IMG/VR virus record: IMGVR_UViG_3300037755_000581
Span: 2,984-66,983 of that record
Length of the DNA stretch: 64,000 nt
Reading direction: 5' to 3' (one strand)
Source of the DNA: a virus
Taxonomy: Duplodnaviria; Caudoviricetes
In this document: positions 10,501 through 18,751 of the stretch, in pieces
Layout of the letters: the number at the start of each line of letters is the position of its first letter
Position numbering within the stretch: position 1 is the stretch's first letter
The notes under the pieces: generated by a model
Seen by the model: only the letters and a program-made list of their open reading frames with translations
What the model was told of the DNA's origin: nothing
The model's database searches: none
Program-made: the position numbers and the translations under genes

Positions 10501-13015
10501 GTGGGCGATTAGGGACCGCGCTCCGTCGGATGCCGTCGAGACGTTCTTCGATACTGTCGTTCAGGCCCTGCGGAAGATTTATGATTACATCCGCAGCCGT
10601 TACACGCTCGACGACACGTTCGCCGAGTTTATGCGCGGAATTCATGACCAGGCGCGCGGCGCGAATACGCTCAATCCGTTCGCCGTGCATTTCCAAAGCC
10701 AAGGAATCGTCGGGCGCGTGTACTTCAAACCTACCGAGGCAAGTGCTGACGTCGTCAATCTCGACGACTACCGCCCACTAACTCGGATCGAAGAAGCGGA
10801 GGCCGCTGTTGCGGAGGCCGCGGCCGGCCGGAAAGAGATCATCAATAAACGCGCCGCTATCCGCGGCCGCCACGCGGGGCTGGCCGAGGAAAACGATTTC
10901 ACTGCGCAGCGTATGGAGCGCGAGCTCGCTCCGTTGGACCGGGAGCTCGAGGCAAACGACCAGGAGCTGGCGGCCGCCCGTGCCGAGCTTGAGGCCGCCA
11001 AGGCCGAGATTGTTGACGAGGGGTTCGATATCGAGCTTGAGCCTATGAAGGCGGGGCTTCGGGCAAAGGTGAATAAGCTGCTCAATGAGTATCCCGGCAT
11101 GAAGCAGGCCGGCGTCCGCACACTAGAGATGATGCAGCACCTGCACGACCAGTTGACCTCGAGCGTGAACGGCGTACTGCGGCGTATGCAGTTGCCCGCC
11201 GCGAATGAGCTGGCGGATCTCTTCAATAGAACGCCCGGTGCGGCGACGACCAGCCCTACCTACTTCAACGCGCTCCAGCTTCAGCGGGCCGTGTTTTCGC
11301 GGCAGTTCAATCTTGCGCTGAAACAAATGAGCCAGGCCGATAAGGCTGTGGCCGTCAAGGACTTGATCGCCGGTAAGCGGGTAGAGGCGATTTCGGGCGT
11401 CTTCGAGCGCCTCTACGATTATATGATCGCCGCCGGCCTTCCTGTTAAGCGCATCTCCGACTACTGGCCGAGAATATGGGACGTCGAGGCCGCGGCAAAG
11501 AACGCTCCGGCGATCTCGGCCAAGTTGCAAGAGCTCGGGCTTACACAACAACAGGCTGATCTGGTCATCAACCACATGACCGGCACTGGTAGCGAAGTCG
11601 ACCAGAAGAACTTCGAAGATCCGTTGACGGAGCTGCCGTACCAAGCGTTCCTACAAGAGCGAGCAGCTGTGCTGGATGACCCGTACTTCCAACAGTTTCA
11701 ATCCCGCGATCTCGACCGGACCATCGAGCGCTATTTGCAGGCAGTAATCAAGAGATCTGAGTTCAATAGGTATCTCGGCAGCGATGCCAGGACAACTGAC
11801 CCCGACGGCGAGTGGGACCCCCGCGGCAAGCTCAATCAATTGCTAGCGAGGGCCAAGGCACAGGGGGCGACTCCGGAACAGCTCAAACAAATGGTTCACG
11901 CTGTGGATGTGATGCTCGGTCGCTACGGCCGAGATTTCCCGGCGTCTGTCCGGCACAGTTTTTCGTGGCTGATGACCTATCAAAATGTCCGGCTCTTGCT
12001 TTTCTCGACGCTTGCAAGCTTGCCCGATGTGGTTGGCCCGGCGATCAGAACCGGAGAGTTTCGTTCCGCATTTAAGTCACTGCGCGATAACTTTCGAGAA
12101 ATCGTTAGCAAAGAGTCTGACCTTAGCGAGATGGCGCGAGCTTTCGGAGTGGTTAGTGACGAATTTAATAAGAGCGTCCTAACCGAACATTTCGAAACTC
12201 ATTGGATGCCGGAACGGGCCCGCCGGATAAATGAGGCCTGGTTTCGCGCAGTCGGCCTCGAAAGGTGGACCGGCTTCGTGCGTACAGCCGCGCTCGCTGT
12301 TGGACGCGATGCCATTAAACGATGGGCCGGCGAGAACAACACTAATATGCTATCGGAGCTCGGGCTCACTCCAGAAGTCGTCCGGTCTTGGATCGTCCGC
12401 GGCGAGCCAGTGTTCGGCTCCGCGGGCTATGACTCGAGTAACGCTGGCGATCAGAAAATTGCCGAAGCGCTGATCACGATGGTCAACGAGAGCATCATGC
12501 GTCCCAACCCCTCGCAACGTCCGGCGTGGATGAGTCACCCGGGCTGGATGTTAGTCGGGCACCTGAAGTCGTTCTTGTACGCGATGTCGGACACCGTACT
12601 TCGCCGCATGTATTACAATATGCAGCAAGCCGGGACCCCTTACCAAAAAGCGATGATAGTTGCGGGGCCAGCTTTCGCCATGCTCGCGTTGACCGCACTC
12701 GGCCTCGAGCTTCGAGAGGCGATTCAATACACTTTGTTCGGCAAGACTCCGCGCACCGACAAAATGAACGGGCTCGATTACGTCTCGGAGCTCACGCTGC
12801 GATCCGGTCTACTGGGTGTGTCTCAACTAGCGGTGGACTTTTCGGAAGCGGATCAAAGAGGTCAACTTGGAGTGGTCGCGATTTCCGGACCAACTCTGTC
12901 ACATTTGAACGAGCTGCTGAGTGACCCTCTGTCGCAGAGCTTGCCCCGTTCGCTTCCAATAGCCGCTTCACTTCCCGCAGTAAGAGAAGCGATTCGCGAC
13001 GTGACTCCTCTGTAA
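7595..13015 (+). CDS. Large internal virion/ejection protein with a zincin-like HExxH motif
   Basis: 1806 aa; A/G-rich N-terminus, LAHEIGH motif, helical C-terminus; last gene of the ejection block. Confidence 0.6.
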   Translation: MPIDLAQFTEVASVDSPLPQAPRGQRVDLATFTETERGKPVGPQTLGQEFGRGVQSGTVQMKASLFGLADIAGSVLGSQGLRDYALAGLADAQEDAERLAPTIGQFSDIDGSGEFFTWAAGAIGQQVPVLATMIGSGGLGGAVAQASLKTALRFGLRAGARRSLIGQFGRVSARELDRAVLKQLDDPATQRLLRQSFSRGAGAGAAGSSFGIQAGDLQNQLTEAGIDAPLTAITGGAVAAALDAAPVVFLMGRLFPGVDRALSKAFIADIAKTTGLQGALEGGTEAAQELVTLASRAYHDPSIDITSPANRLQVLNAAAAGALVGALTGGAGETVSAAPRASRGAARRAQLGASRLTEYAKTRVELARSTAQVAAGEQDALVPGVQELRQAASSFLSEQVAPALSGAGERLRAGVDATKVAIGSVDLGVDLAGIASSLDEKIRIRVAPVLNSVLAAMHQQIDAIRGQVAQLPLAERAAALQAGLEKIKQGVSGFIEQRLKPLVKGAEDDLASEVRTKNYDDEDLDIESPDPDEMRDPQDLTRVTLGQAQKRTRTRGGVTVSSTVRTRDDDAVAFTSRGAADQAVREVRESFPNLPEDAIDVEQRGDGFVVAIRDIGAAEEVFEQLRFADGLTDAREASRANPDQSRRIEVKRPGAAGFTRLDLPTLVLAGQDMVERGGTKLPENRSKAALRGLDAILGRLIDQGYEFKGGINALRGKMLFEGMPVGEARRRSQFAPEQDPEAREAQLQIEAGAVEPPAADTPVFDAGGRVDPDRGLGRQENVTETEAAANEATKRAPRVGRRAMENWYDAREGVRVGIGAVPEKTQNEIADLVRELLGIAGLRNRVFVVDRAGAQTLVEHGHPLSSALVDWQTTKSLGRIAMLGDDAVIYLSDDVLIDKKGGSVDAAKAKTFVVLAHEIGHLVENVYYKRLSPELKEQLYNGFLKWVKENPDRKHSLSFDEFMANQFTSWAIRDRAPSDAVETFFDTVVQALRKIYDYIRSRYTLDDTFAEFMRGIHDQARGANTLNPFAVHFQSQGIVGRVYFKPTEASADVVNLDDYRPLTRIEEAEAAVAEAAAGRKEIINKRAAIRGRHAGLAEENDFTAQRMERELAPLDRELEANDQELAAARAELEAAKAEIVDEGFDIELEPMKAGLRAKVNKLLNEYPGMKQAGVRTLEMMQHLHDQLTSSVNGVLRRMQLPAANELADLFNRTPGAATTSPTYFNALQLQRAVFSRQFNLALKQMSQADKAVAVKDLIAGKRVEAISGVFERLYDYMIAAGLPVKRISDYWPRIWDVEAAAKNAPAISAKLQELGLTQQQADLVINHMTGTGSEVDQKNFEDPLTELPYQAFLQERAAVLDDPYFQQFQSRDLDRTIERYLQAVIKRSEFNRYLGSDARTTDPDGEWDPRGKLNQLLARAKAQGATPEQLKQMVHAVDVMLGRYGRDFPASVRHSFSWLMTYQNVRLLLFSTLASLPDVVGPAIRTGEFRSAFKSLRDNFREIVSKESDLSEMARAFGVVSDEFNKSVLTEHFETHWMPERARRINEAWFRAVGLERWTGFVRTAALAVGRDAIKRWAGENNTNMLSELGLTPEVVRSWIVRGEPVFGSAGYDSSNAGDQKIAEALITMVNESIMRPNPSQRPAWMSHPGWMLVGHLKSFLYAMSDTVLRRMYYNMQQAGTPYQKAMIVAGPAFAMLALTALGLELREAIQYTLFGKTPRTDKMNGLDYVSELTLRSGLLGVSQLAVDFSEADQRGQLGVVAISGPTLSHLNELLSDPLSQSLPRSLPIAASLPAVREAIRDVTPL

Positions 13016-13559
13016 AGGTGTCGTACTTCGCAAGGTATTTTGCGCCACGAAGTGCACCGGCAAGGGTGTCGCCGGCGTGGCCCAACGATAAGTTACAGCC
13101 ATTGCAAGGCCAGCCTCGAAACTCTCCAGTCTCGTGGTTATGGTCCAAGCACAGGGTTCCGACTTCGCTTACATGCCGCCCGCAGATTTCGCAGTTGTCG
13201 GGTTGTGGCCTGCTCGGGTCTGGCAGGCCTCGACGGCGGCGGATGAGGCTGTAATTTGTTTTGTTCCAGCGCCGGGCTTTTTCGCGGATTTTTGTGATGT
13301 TGGTTTTATAGTATTGCCGGCTGTATTCCCTGACGTGCTCTCGATTGGCCGCGCGGAATTTGCGGCCGTATTCTCGCCCCCGGCCGGGGTTAGCCGCCCG
13401 CCATCGCCGCCCGCGCTCTAAGCTGGTTTTCTCGGAGCAACCGGTGCAATGGCCGTTATTAGCGTGCCGCTCGGCAACATGCCCGTGCTTGCAAGGCTTG
13501 CCAGTGAAGTAGCGTTTGAGTCCCTGCGCCTTCGCCTCGGCGCGAGTGATGATCTCCAT
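12792..13559 (-). CDS. Endonuclease VII-family HNH (homing) endonuclease
   Basis: RYFTGKPCKHGH...CEIC...LDHNHETGEFRGWPCNGCN; perfect TATAAT on the - strand at 13598-13603. Confidence 0.8.
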   Translation of the reverse strand: MEIITRAEAKAQGLKRYFTGKPCKHGHVAERHANNGHCTGCSEKTSLERGRRWRAANPGRGREYGRKFRAANREHVREYSRQYYKTNITKIREKARRWNKTNYSLIRRRRGLPDPSRPQPDNCEICGRHVSEVGTLCLDHNHETGEFRGWPCNGCNLSLGHAGDTLAGALRGAKYLAKYDTFTEESRRESLLLLREVKRLLEANGASSATEGHSAARSNVTELVRKSRPLQVDLFDPLPKSPPLVETHPVDRIAA

Positions 13560-13659
13560 CCTTGGAGTCCTCTTGTTATTGTTATCTGGACCCGGGAATT
13601 ATAAAAGAACCTCGTTGAATCTCCGGTGGGTTTGGCACTGTCCGCGGTAAAATCACTGA

Positions 13660-13881
13660 GTGGAATACACCTTCGATATGTGGACCGCCGGCGTAGCGCT
13701 TATCAGCGCGGGCGGCGCGTGGGGCGGCTCCATCGCCGCCCTGCGTGGGACCAAGGAAAAGGTCGCAGAGACTGCGGAAGCCCTCAAAGAACACACGTTG
13801 CTCGACCACACCATGCAGCTCGAGACCGTGCAGCGGCTCGCGCGCATCGAGGCCCTACTCGTCGAGATCAAAGCCCAATAA
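13660..13881 (+). CDS. Putative holin
   Basis: 73 aa, one N-terminal TM helix plus a coiled coil; TAATG overlap with the endolysin gene. Confidence 0.5.
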   Translation: MEYTFDMWTAGVALISAGGAWGGSIAALRGTKEKVAETAEALKEHTLLDHTMQLETVQRLARIEALLVEIKAQ

Positions 13882-14372
13882 TGAGCATCAATGCCGCGCA
13901 GCTGCGCGAACACGTTATCCGGCCGACGCTCAAGCATCTGGACCTCTGGTCGCAGGCCGCCGAGAACCTCGTCCTCGGCACGATCCTCACGGAGTCCCGA
14001 GGGGAGTATCTGAAGCAGGTGGGCACCGGACCCGCGCTCGGATTGATTCAGATGGAACCGGCTACCCACGACGACATTTGGAACAACCACCTCAAGTACC
14101 AACCAGTGCTCTCCGCCAAGCTTCGCGAGCTCGAGACCCCCGCCGCCCTGACCAAGGGCGCCCTCGAGCTGATAGGTAACCTCTACTACGCGGCCGCGAT
14201 GTGCCGGGTCTTCTACCGACGGCTCCCCGACCCGCTGCCCGCCGCGGACGACCCCGAGGGCATGGCCCGGCTGTGGAAGAAGCGCTACAACACACCCCTG
14301 GGCGCTGGGACAGTCGAGAAGGCCTTACCGTACTTCCGGCAGGCCTGCGCCGACGTTTACGGTCTGCGCTAA
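13881..14372 (+). CDS. Endolysin (lysozyme-like/transglycosylase)
   Basis: Start at ATG 13881 (MSINAAQLRE...); GTILTES, ALGLIQMEPAT, NLYYAAAMCR, WKKRYNT motifs. Confidence 0.75.
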   Translation: MSINAAQLREHVIRPTLKHLDLWSQAAENLVLGTILTESRGEYLKQVGTGPALGLIQMEPATHDDIWNNHLKYQPVLSAKLRELETPAALTKGALELIGNLYYAAAMCRVFYRRLPDPLPAADDPEGMARLWKKRYNTPLGAGTVEKALPYFRQACADVYGLR

Positions 14373-14400
14373 ATTCATAGGGTGCTGGGTATCCGTACAG

Positions 14401-14406
14401 TATAAT
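14401..14406 (+). promoter_or_regulatory. Possible -10 element
   Basis: Perfect TATAAT in the intergenic gap 50 nt before ATG 14457; no clear -35. Confidence 0.4.
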
Positions 14407-14456
14407 CCGCCTGACTCTGACCCCCATTCCATTGAAGAAGTCGAAGAGGACTGAAC

Positions 14457-14897
14457 ATGACCAAGAGTGAATTCGAGCGTCGCCTTGTCGACGCACTTGA
14501 GACGCTGTCCGGCGACGCCGGCGCCGCGTTTACCGAGACTTACCTTTTCCAAGCCCAGGACTTCGGCGCGGGTGACGCGGCGGAAGTAATCCAGGGTCCG
14601 TCTGGCAAGACGGGCATCGTGCGCGCGGTCACGGTATTCAACGTGTCGGAAGCGTTCACGATCGTCACGACCTCGGCTCGAGTCGACGTCGGCGACGGCT
14701 CAGATGCCAACGGCTACGCGTTCTCGAACGACATTCCCGCCGTCGCGATCGCGGGCTCACACAGCCCCGCCATCAGCGCGGGTGTCCTCGGCAACGAGCT
14801 CCCCGGCGGCGCAGCCGTCACACTGACGTTCGTGGCCCCCACGGGCGGCACCCCGGCCGGTATCGCGGACGTTCAAGTCACGATCACCTGGAAGTAA
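14457..14897 (+). CDS. Beta-sandwich protein, possible virion accessory/decoration
   Basis: 146 aa, beta-rich; pattern resembles the decoration protein at 63148-63600. Confidence 0.4.
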   Translation: MTKSEFERRLVDALETLSGDAGAAFTETYLFQAQDFGAGDAAEVIQGPSGKTGIVRAVTVFNVSEAFTIVTTSARVDVGDGSDANGYAFSNDIPAVAIAGSHSPAISAGVLGNELPGGAAVTLTFVAPTGGTPAGIADVQVTITWK

Positions 14898-14903
14898 TTC
14901 CCC

Positions 14904-15221
14904 GTGCTAGCCTCTGGCTTCACGCGGCTCCTGCAACTGATCTCCGGCGCGCGCCGGAGATCAGTCGTGATCGACCTATCCACCGACGACCCGACGGTCA
15001 TCCCGGGCCCGGTCGTGCTCGCGGGCGTCTATGTCACCGTCGTCATGTCGGCCCACACTGTTGCGCTCAGTGACGACGCCGTGAACAAGGTCATCCTCCC
15101 GGCCTCGACGACGGCCAACACAAGCTTCGATGCCCTGGGCATGAAGTTCGAGACCGACCTGACGATTACGCCGAACGCGAGCTCGACAGGAATCATCGTC
15201 GTCACCTACGACGAGCTCTAA
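14904..15221 (+). CDS. Hypothetical beta-rich protein
   Basis: 105 aa, V/T-rich, GC3-biased codons. Confidence 0.45.
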   Translation: MLASGFTRLLQLISGARRRSVVIDLSTDDPTVIPGPVVLAGVYVTVVMSAHTVALSDDAVNKVILPASTTANTSFDALGMKFETDLTITPNASSTGIIVVTYDEL

Positions 15222-15231
15222 GAGAACAACA

Positions 15232-15465
15232 ATGGCCGAACCCACCAAGTCTTTGTTTGAACGTCTGCAAGAGCGCCGTGCCGCTCTCGAGGCGGGCGAT
15301 GCCGCTGGCGGGGCCGCTCGAGCCGTTCCCGCGCCGGCAGCGCGGCCGGCCCCGAAGCCGATGAAGTCCAAGGCCGCGAACGCCCTGACGCAGCGCCCCA
15401 ACGAATCGTCGGCCGCCTTCCGGCGCCGGCAAATGAGCGCCGCGATCGCTGCTGGCGAGTTCTAA
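15232..15465 (+). CDS. Hypothetical protein
   Basis: 77 aa, A/P/K-rich; tight spacing with neighbours. Confidence 0.5.
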   Translation: MAEPTKSLFERLQERRAALEAGDAAGGAARAVPAPAARPAPKPMKSKAANALTQRPNESSAAFRRRQMSAAIAAGEF

Positions 15466-15467
15466 CC

Positions 15468-15848
15468 GTGCTGTCCCGGATCCTCGGGATCGGCCTGGTG
15501 CTGAGCCTCGCCGCGAATGCTGGCACTGCCGCTCTCTACTACCGAGCTAAGGCCGAGACCCAATCGACCGTGGCCGCTGTGGCCGCCGGTGCCAACGAGC
15601 GGCTCACTCAGTCACTTAGTCACCAAGCCACTGCGTTCGAAGAGCGTGTGGCCGAGCTTACCCGCCGCTTGGAACTTAGTAACGAAGTGACTAAGGACGC
15701 ACAGGAGCGGGCCTACAACGCAACTGCAGAACTTCGCACCTTCCGGGAATTACTGCGCTCGGAGAGTACTGCCGACCCTGCGTACGCGGAGTGGGCCGCG
15801 GCCGAGCTCCCCGCCGGCGTGGCTGAGCGCCTGCGAGGGCTCCAATGA
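15468..15848 (+). CDS. Inner-membrane spanin (Rz-like)
   Basis: N-terminal TM helix, periplasmic coiled coil, C-terminal WAAAELPAGV typical of i-spanins. Confidence 0.7.
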   Translation: MLSRILGIGLVLSLAANAGTAALYYRAKAETQSTVAAVAAGANERLTQSLSHQATAFEERVAELTRRLELSNEVTKDAQERAYNATAELRTFRELLRSESTADPAYAEWAAAELPAGVAERLRGLQ

Positions 15849-15976
15849 GAAAGCCGCAGATTCGCCGGAGCGACATGTTTACGTGGCGCCCGGTCCACAA
15901 TGAATTAGGTACTGCTTGGTTGTGGTGGTTCTTCCAGAAAGGAGGGAACCGTGGCTGGTGGACGCGTTGGATTTAA
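15845..15976 (+). CDS. 43-aa Trp-rich cationic peptide (not in the ORF track)
   Basis: ATGA-coupled to the i-spanin gene; MRKPQIRRSDMFTWRPVHNELGTAWLWWFFQKGGNRGWWTRWI. Confidence 0.4.
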   Translation: MRKPQIRRSDMFTWRPVHNELGTAWLWWFFQKGGNRGWWTRWI

Positions 15977-16718
15977 GTACGGAGAGCGGTACTCGCCAGC
16001 GCCGTTCCAACTGTCGGTAGCCGCCTCCCAAGTCACCGGTTGGCGGTGGCGCCGTATTTTCGGCATGAATCCCGACATCGATACTGGGCAGGAAGACGTG
16101 TGGGCCGCCGGGGGCACCCGTTTGCTCCCTACCGCGGCGGCCACGTGTTCGGTCGTGTCGACGAGCGCCAATGACGATGGTGACCCGGTCGGAACTGGAG
16201 CGCGCACGGTAACGATAGAGGGGTTGGACGCGAACTATGACGAGATAACCGAAACAGTAACGATGAACGGCGTCGGCGCTGTGACCACAGTGCAGAGCTT
16301 CCTGCGAGTGAACACGGCTTCAGTCGCGACGGCGGGGTCTGCGGAAACGAACGTCGGAAACATCTCTATCAGTATCGGCGGCAATATTCAGGCTTACATC
16401 GAAGACACTGAGGGGCACGCGCACTTGGCGCTCTATACCGTGCCGCGGAACCATACTTGGTTTGTCACAGAGTACATTTTGACGACGGGGCGGCAAAGCG
16501 CCACCGCCGACCTCCAGTTTTTGGGCCAGGTCAAGCACGGTGGAGTTTGGCACTCGATCGAAGATCACTTCCTGTACCAATCCGTTTACATCAACTCAGG
16601 GTTCGTGCAGGTAATAGAGGAAACGCAAGAGTTTCGAGTCCGGGCTGCGTCTAACACTGACAGCCTCGTGGGGGCGGCGTGCGTCGCTGGCTACCTCGTA
16701 AACAACGATCATTTATGA
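15951..16718 (+). CDS. Conserved phage protein, probable virion beta-sandwich
   Basis: 255 aa; AAAGGAGG ribosome-binding site; FGMNPDIDTGQEDVW...GTGARTVTIEGLDA pattern. Confidence 0.55.
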   Translation: MAGGRVGFKYGERYSPAPFQLSVAASQVTGWRWRRIFGMNPDIDTGQEDVWAAGGTRLLPTAAATCSVVSTSANDDGDPVGTGARTVTIEGLDANYDEITETVTMNGVGAVTTVQSFLRVNTASVATAGSAETNVGNISISIGGNIQAYIEDTEGHAHLALYTVPRNHTWFVTEYILTTGRQSATADLQFLGQVKHGGVWHSIEDHFLYQSVYINSGFVQVIEETQEFRVRAASNTDSLVGAACVAGYLVNNDHL

Positions 16719-16796
16719 ACATAGAACTTACCAAAGTAGCCGTGCTGGTGACATCTATGTTACTGGTGGGTCGCTCCGCGGCCCCTGGGAGCGCCG

Positions 16797-17063
16797 ATGA
16801 TAGGTCATAGGCTATTGGCCGCCACTGCCGCGATAGGCTTTGGCCTATCGGGCTGCGCCAAGCCACTCGTGGTGACTGAACCAATAGAGGTTCAGATCGT
16901 CCGGTATGAACCGGTTCCGGTTCCCGAGGTTCTCCTAACCCCGTGCAGAGTCACCCTGAGTGACTTAAACACCAACCAGGATCTCGAGCTCGCGCTCGCT
17001 GACGCGCTGCTCGAACTCCGAAGATGCTCCGCGGATAAGGACGCAATCCGGGAGCTCGAGTGA
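16797..17063 (+). CDS. Outer-membrane spanin lipoprotein (Rz1-like)
   Basis: Signal peptide with lipobox LSGC, Pro-rich linker (EPVPVPEVLLTPC), C-terminal helix with CSADK. Confidence 0.75.
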   Translation: MIGHRLLAATAAIGFGLSGCAKPLVVTEPIEVQIVRYEPVPVPEVLLTPCRVTLSDLNTNQDLELALADALLELRRCSADKDAIRELE

Positions 17064-17359
17064 TCCCAAAGACATTCCAACTCGGCGGGCGCACCTGGCG
17101 CGTCAAGCGTGGCGTCAAGTCGAAGAGATGGTACGGCCTAACGCAGTCGCACAACTGCGTCATTAAACTGTCGACCTTGAACAAGACTCCGGAGGCGGAG
17201 CTGCATACGTTCTACCACGAGCTGGTTCACGCGGTCGGCTTTACCATGGGATGGAATCTCCTGATCAACGACGAGACGAAGGTCGATGCGATGGGTGGCC
17301 TGTTCGCGCAGGCTATGAAGACGGCTACCGGCGTGTCCGCCAAGCGCACGAAAAACTAA
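17060..17359 (+). CDS. HExxH metallopeptidase-like protein
   Basis: 99 aa, FYHELVHAV motif. Confidence 0.5.
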   Translation: MIPKTFQLGGRTWRVKRGVKSKRWYGLTQSHNCVIKLSTLNKTPEAELHTFYHELVHAVGFTMGWNLLINDETKVDAMGGLFAQAMKTATGVSAKRTKN

Positions 17360-17397
17360 GACTCGCGCTACATAAAAAGCTAGTTTGTAGCGGACGG

Positions 17398-17452
17398 ATC
17401 GTTAACTGGAACGGCCTAACTGCCTGAAAAGGTTCGACAGTATCGTTAACTG
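17398..17452. repeat. Direct repeat ATCGTTAACTG (two copies), candidate integrase arm-type sites
   Basis: Copies at 17398-17408 and 17442-17452; partial TAACTG at 17417-17422; immediately left of the att core. Confidence 0.55.
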
Positions 17453-17458
17453 ACCAAC

Positions 17459-17506
17459 GGACTTTTAATCCATTGGTCGCTGGTTCGATCCCAGCACGGC
17501 CCACCA
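17459..17506 (+). mobile_element. attP: attP core: 3' 48 bp of a tRNA-Lys(UUU)
   Basis: GGACTTTTAATCCATTGGTCGCTGGTTCGATCCCAGCACGGCCCACCA = anticodon loop, T arm, 3' acceptor strand and CCA; no 5' acceptor strand or D arm upstream; 232 bp from the integrase stop. Confidence 0.85.
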
Positions 17507-17548
17507 GTCTCGGGGGGCACGTTGTCCGCTAGATTGGAGGCGTGTCCG

Positions 17549-17737
17549 CTATCGGCGGCGACGTTCGATCTCTAGCGCTCGGCGTTTCTGTTTGTCTTTG
17601 GTCAGGGAGGACATGTGCTCCCTGATCTCGAGCAGCCGGGCGTCCAGCCGCTGGCGCTCTTCTTCGAGCATCTTCTGCTCGTAGCACAGATATTCTAGCA
17701 GCCGGGTGCGGTAGGTTTTTTCGGTGTTTGCTTCCAT
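17549..17737 (-). CDS. Hypothetical coiled-coil protein
   Basis: 62 aa, directly after the integrase stop codon. Confidence 0.45.
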   Translation of the reverse strand: MEANTEKTYRTRLLEYLCYEQKMLEEERQRLDARLLEIREHMSSLTKDKQKRRALEIERRRR

Positions 17738-18751
17738 TCACTCGATAGCGCCGTGGCTCCCCAGCTCAGCAGGCTCGTCAGGATCATTACGGAGCGTATG
17801 CAACCAGTTGGTGGGTTCGACAACCTTAGCGCGGCGATAGAGTGCTAGCAACCCGTGCCCACCGGTTTTGTGATCAGATTCGCCCTTGGCACGAATGTCG
17901 TGGAAGTGGAACGACTCCCCGGTCTTCAGGCCGAGCTTCTTGCGCAGGCGGCGCATAGCGCTCGCCATGGCCCATTTGGTCACTGGGTCACCGGACCCAT
18001 TGGTGAACAGTCGTTCGGCGCCCGGAGCGCGAGTCGCGGCCCGCCGAACGAAGAAACGAAGATCGTCGTTCCAGCGGATGATCTTGACCTTGCCGGTCTT
18101 CGACTCCTCGATCACGATCCCTTCGTCGTGGATCACGGAGCGCGGAAGGGCTCGCGCCTCGCCCGGGCGGAGCTCCATGAGGTAGACGCCGGCGATCACA
18201 TCCTGGAGCCACTCAGGAGCAGCGGCGAAGTGACTGAGGAACTCGGGGTGGCGAGGGTAGCGATCGCGGGGCTTGACCTTGTTGCGGCGGATGCCGCGGG
18301 TGGGATCGACCTTGCAGCGGCCGTTGCGAATGCCGTACTGGAAAACCGTGGACAGGCAGGCGGCCTCCTTGTTGGCTACCGAGGGGGCTTTGCGGACCCC
18401 CGCCTTGGGGTCACCCCTGCGGCGCTTCTCGAGCAGCTGGGCAACCTGGCCGGGCGTGAGCTCGTCTGGCTCCATGTGACCAAACTTCGGGCGCAGGGTT
18501 CGCTTGATGTAGCCGCGGTAGTCAGTCTTGGTGTTCTCGGCGAGCTCATCCACCCCGAAAAGAAGGTAGTCGTCGAAGAGATCCGATAGGAGGCGGCCGC
18601 CGGGCTTCTTAGCTTTGGCGAGCGCTTCGTAGAGCGCGGACTCGCCGTCGGCGATACGGGAGAGTTTCTTGGATTTGCGACGGGCATCGACATAGCCAAG
18701 GTCGAGGTGGTAGGCGCCGTGGCGCTCGAATACCCCTTTAGGTAGTTGCAT
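17738..18751 (-). CDS. int: Tyrosine recombinase/integrase
   Basis: LRPGE (R), KTGK (K), FHDIR (HxxR), GH and LY near the C-terminus; adjacent attP and excisionase. Confidence 0.85.
   Translation of the reverse strand: MQLPKGVFERHGAYHLDLGYVDARRKSKKLSRIADGESALYEALAKAKKPGGRLLSDLFDDYLLFGVDELAENTKTDYRGYIKRTLRPKFGHMEPDELTPGQVAQLLEKRRRGDPKAGVRKAPSVANKEAACLSTVFQYGIRNGRCKVDPTRGIRRNKVKPRDRYPRHPEFLSHFAAAPEWLQDVIAGVYLMELRPGEARALPRSVIHDEGIVIEESKTGKVKIIRWNDDLRFFVRRAATRAPGAERLFTNGSGDPVTKWAMASAMRRLRKKLGLKTGESFHFHDIRAKGESDHKTGGHGLLALYRRAKVVEPTNWLHTLRNDPDEPAELGSHGAIE

Noticed and set aside
17430-17506. Complete tRNA-Lys gene
   Set aside because: No 5' acceptor strand (GGGCCGT) or D arm upstream; only the 3' part is present, as expected for attP.
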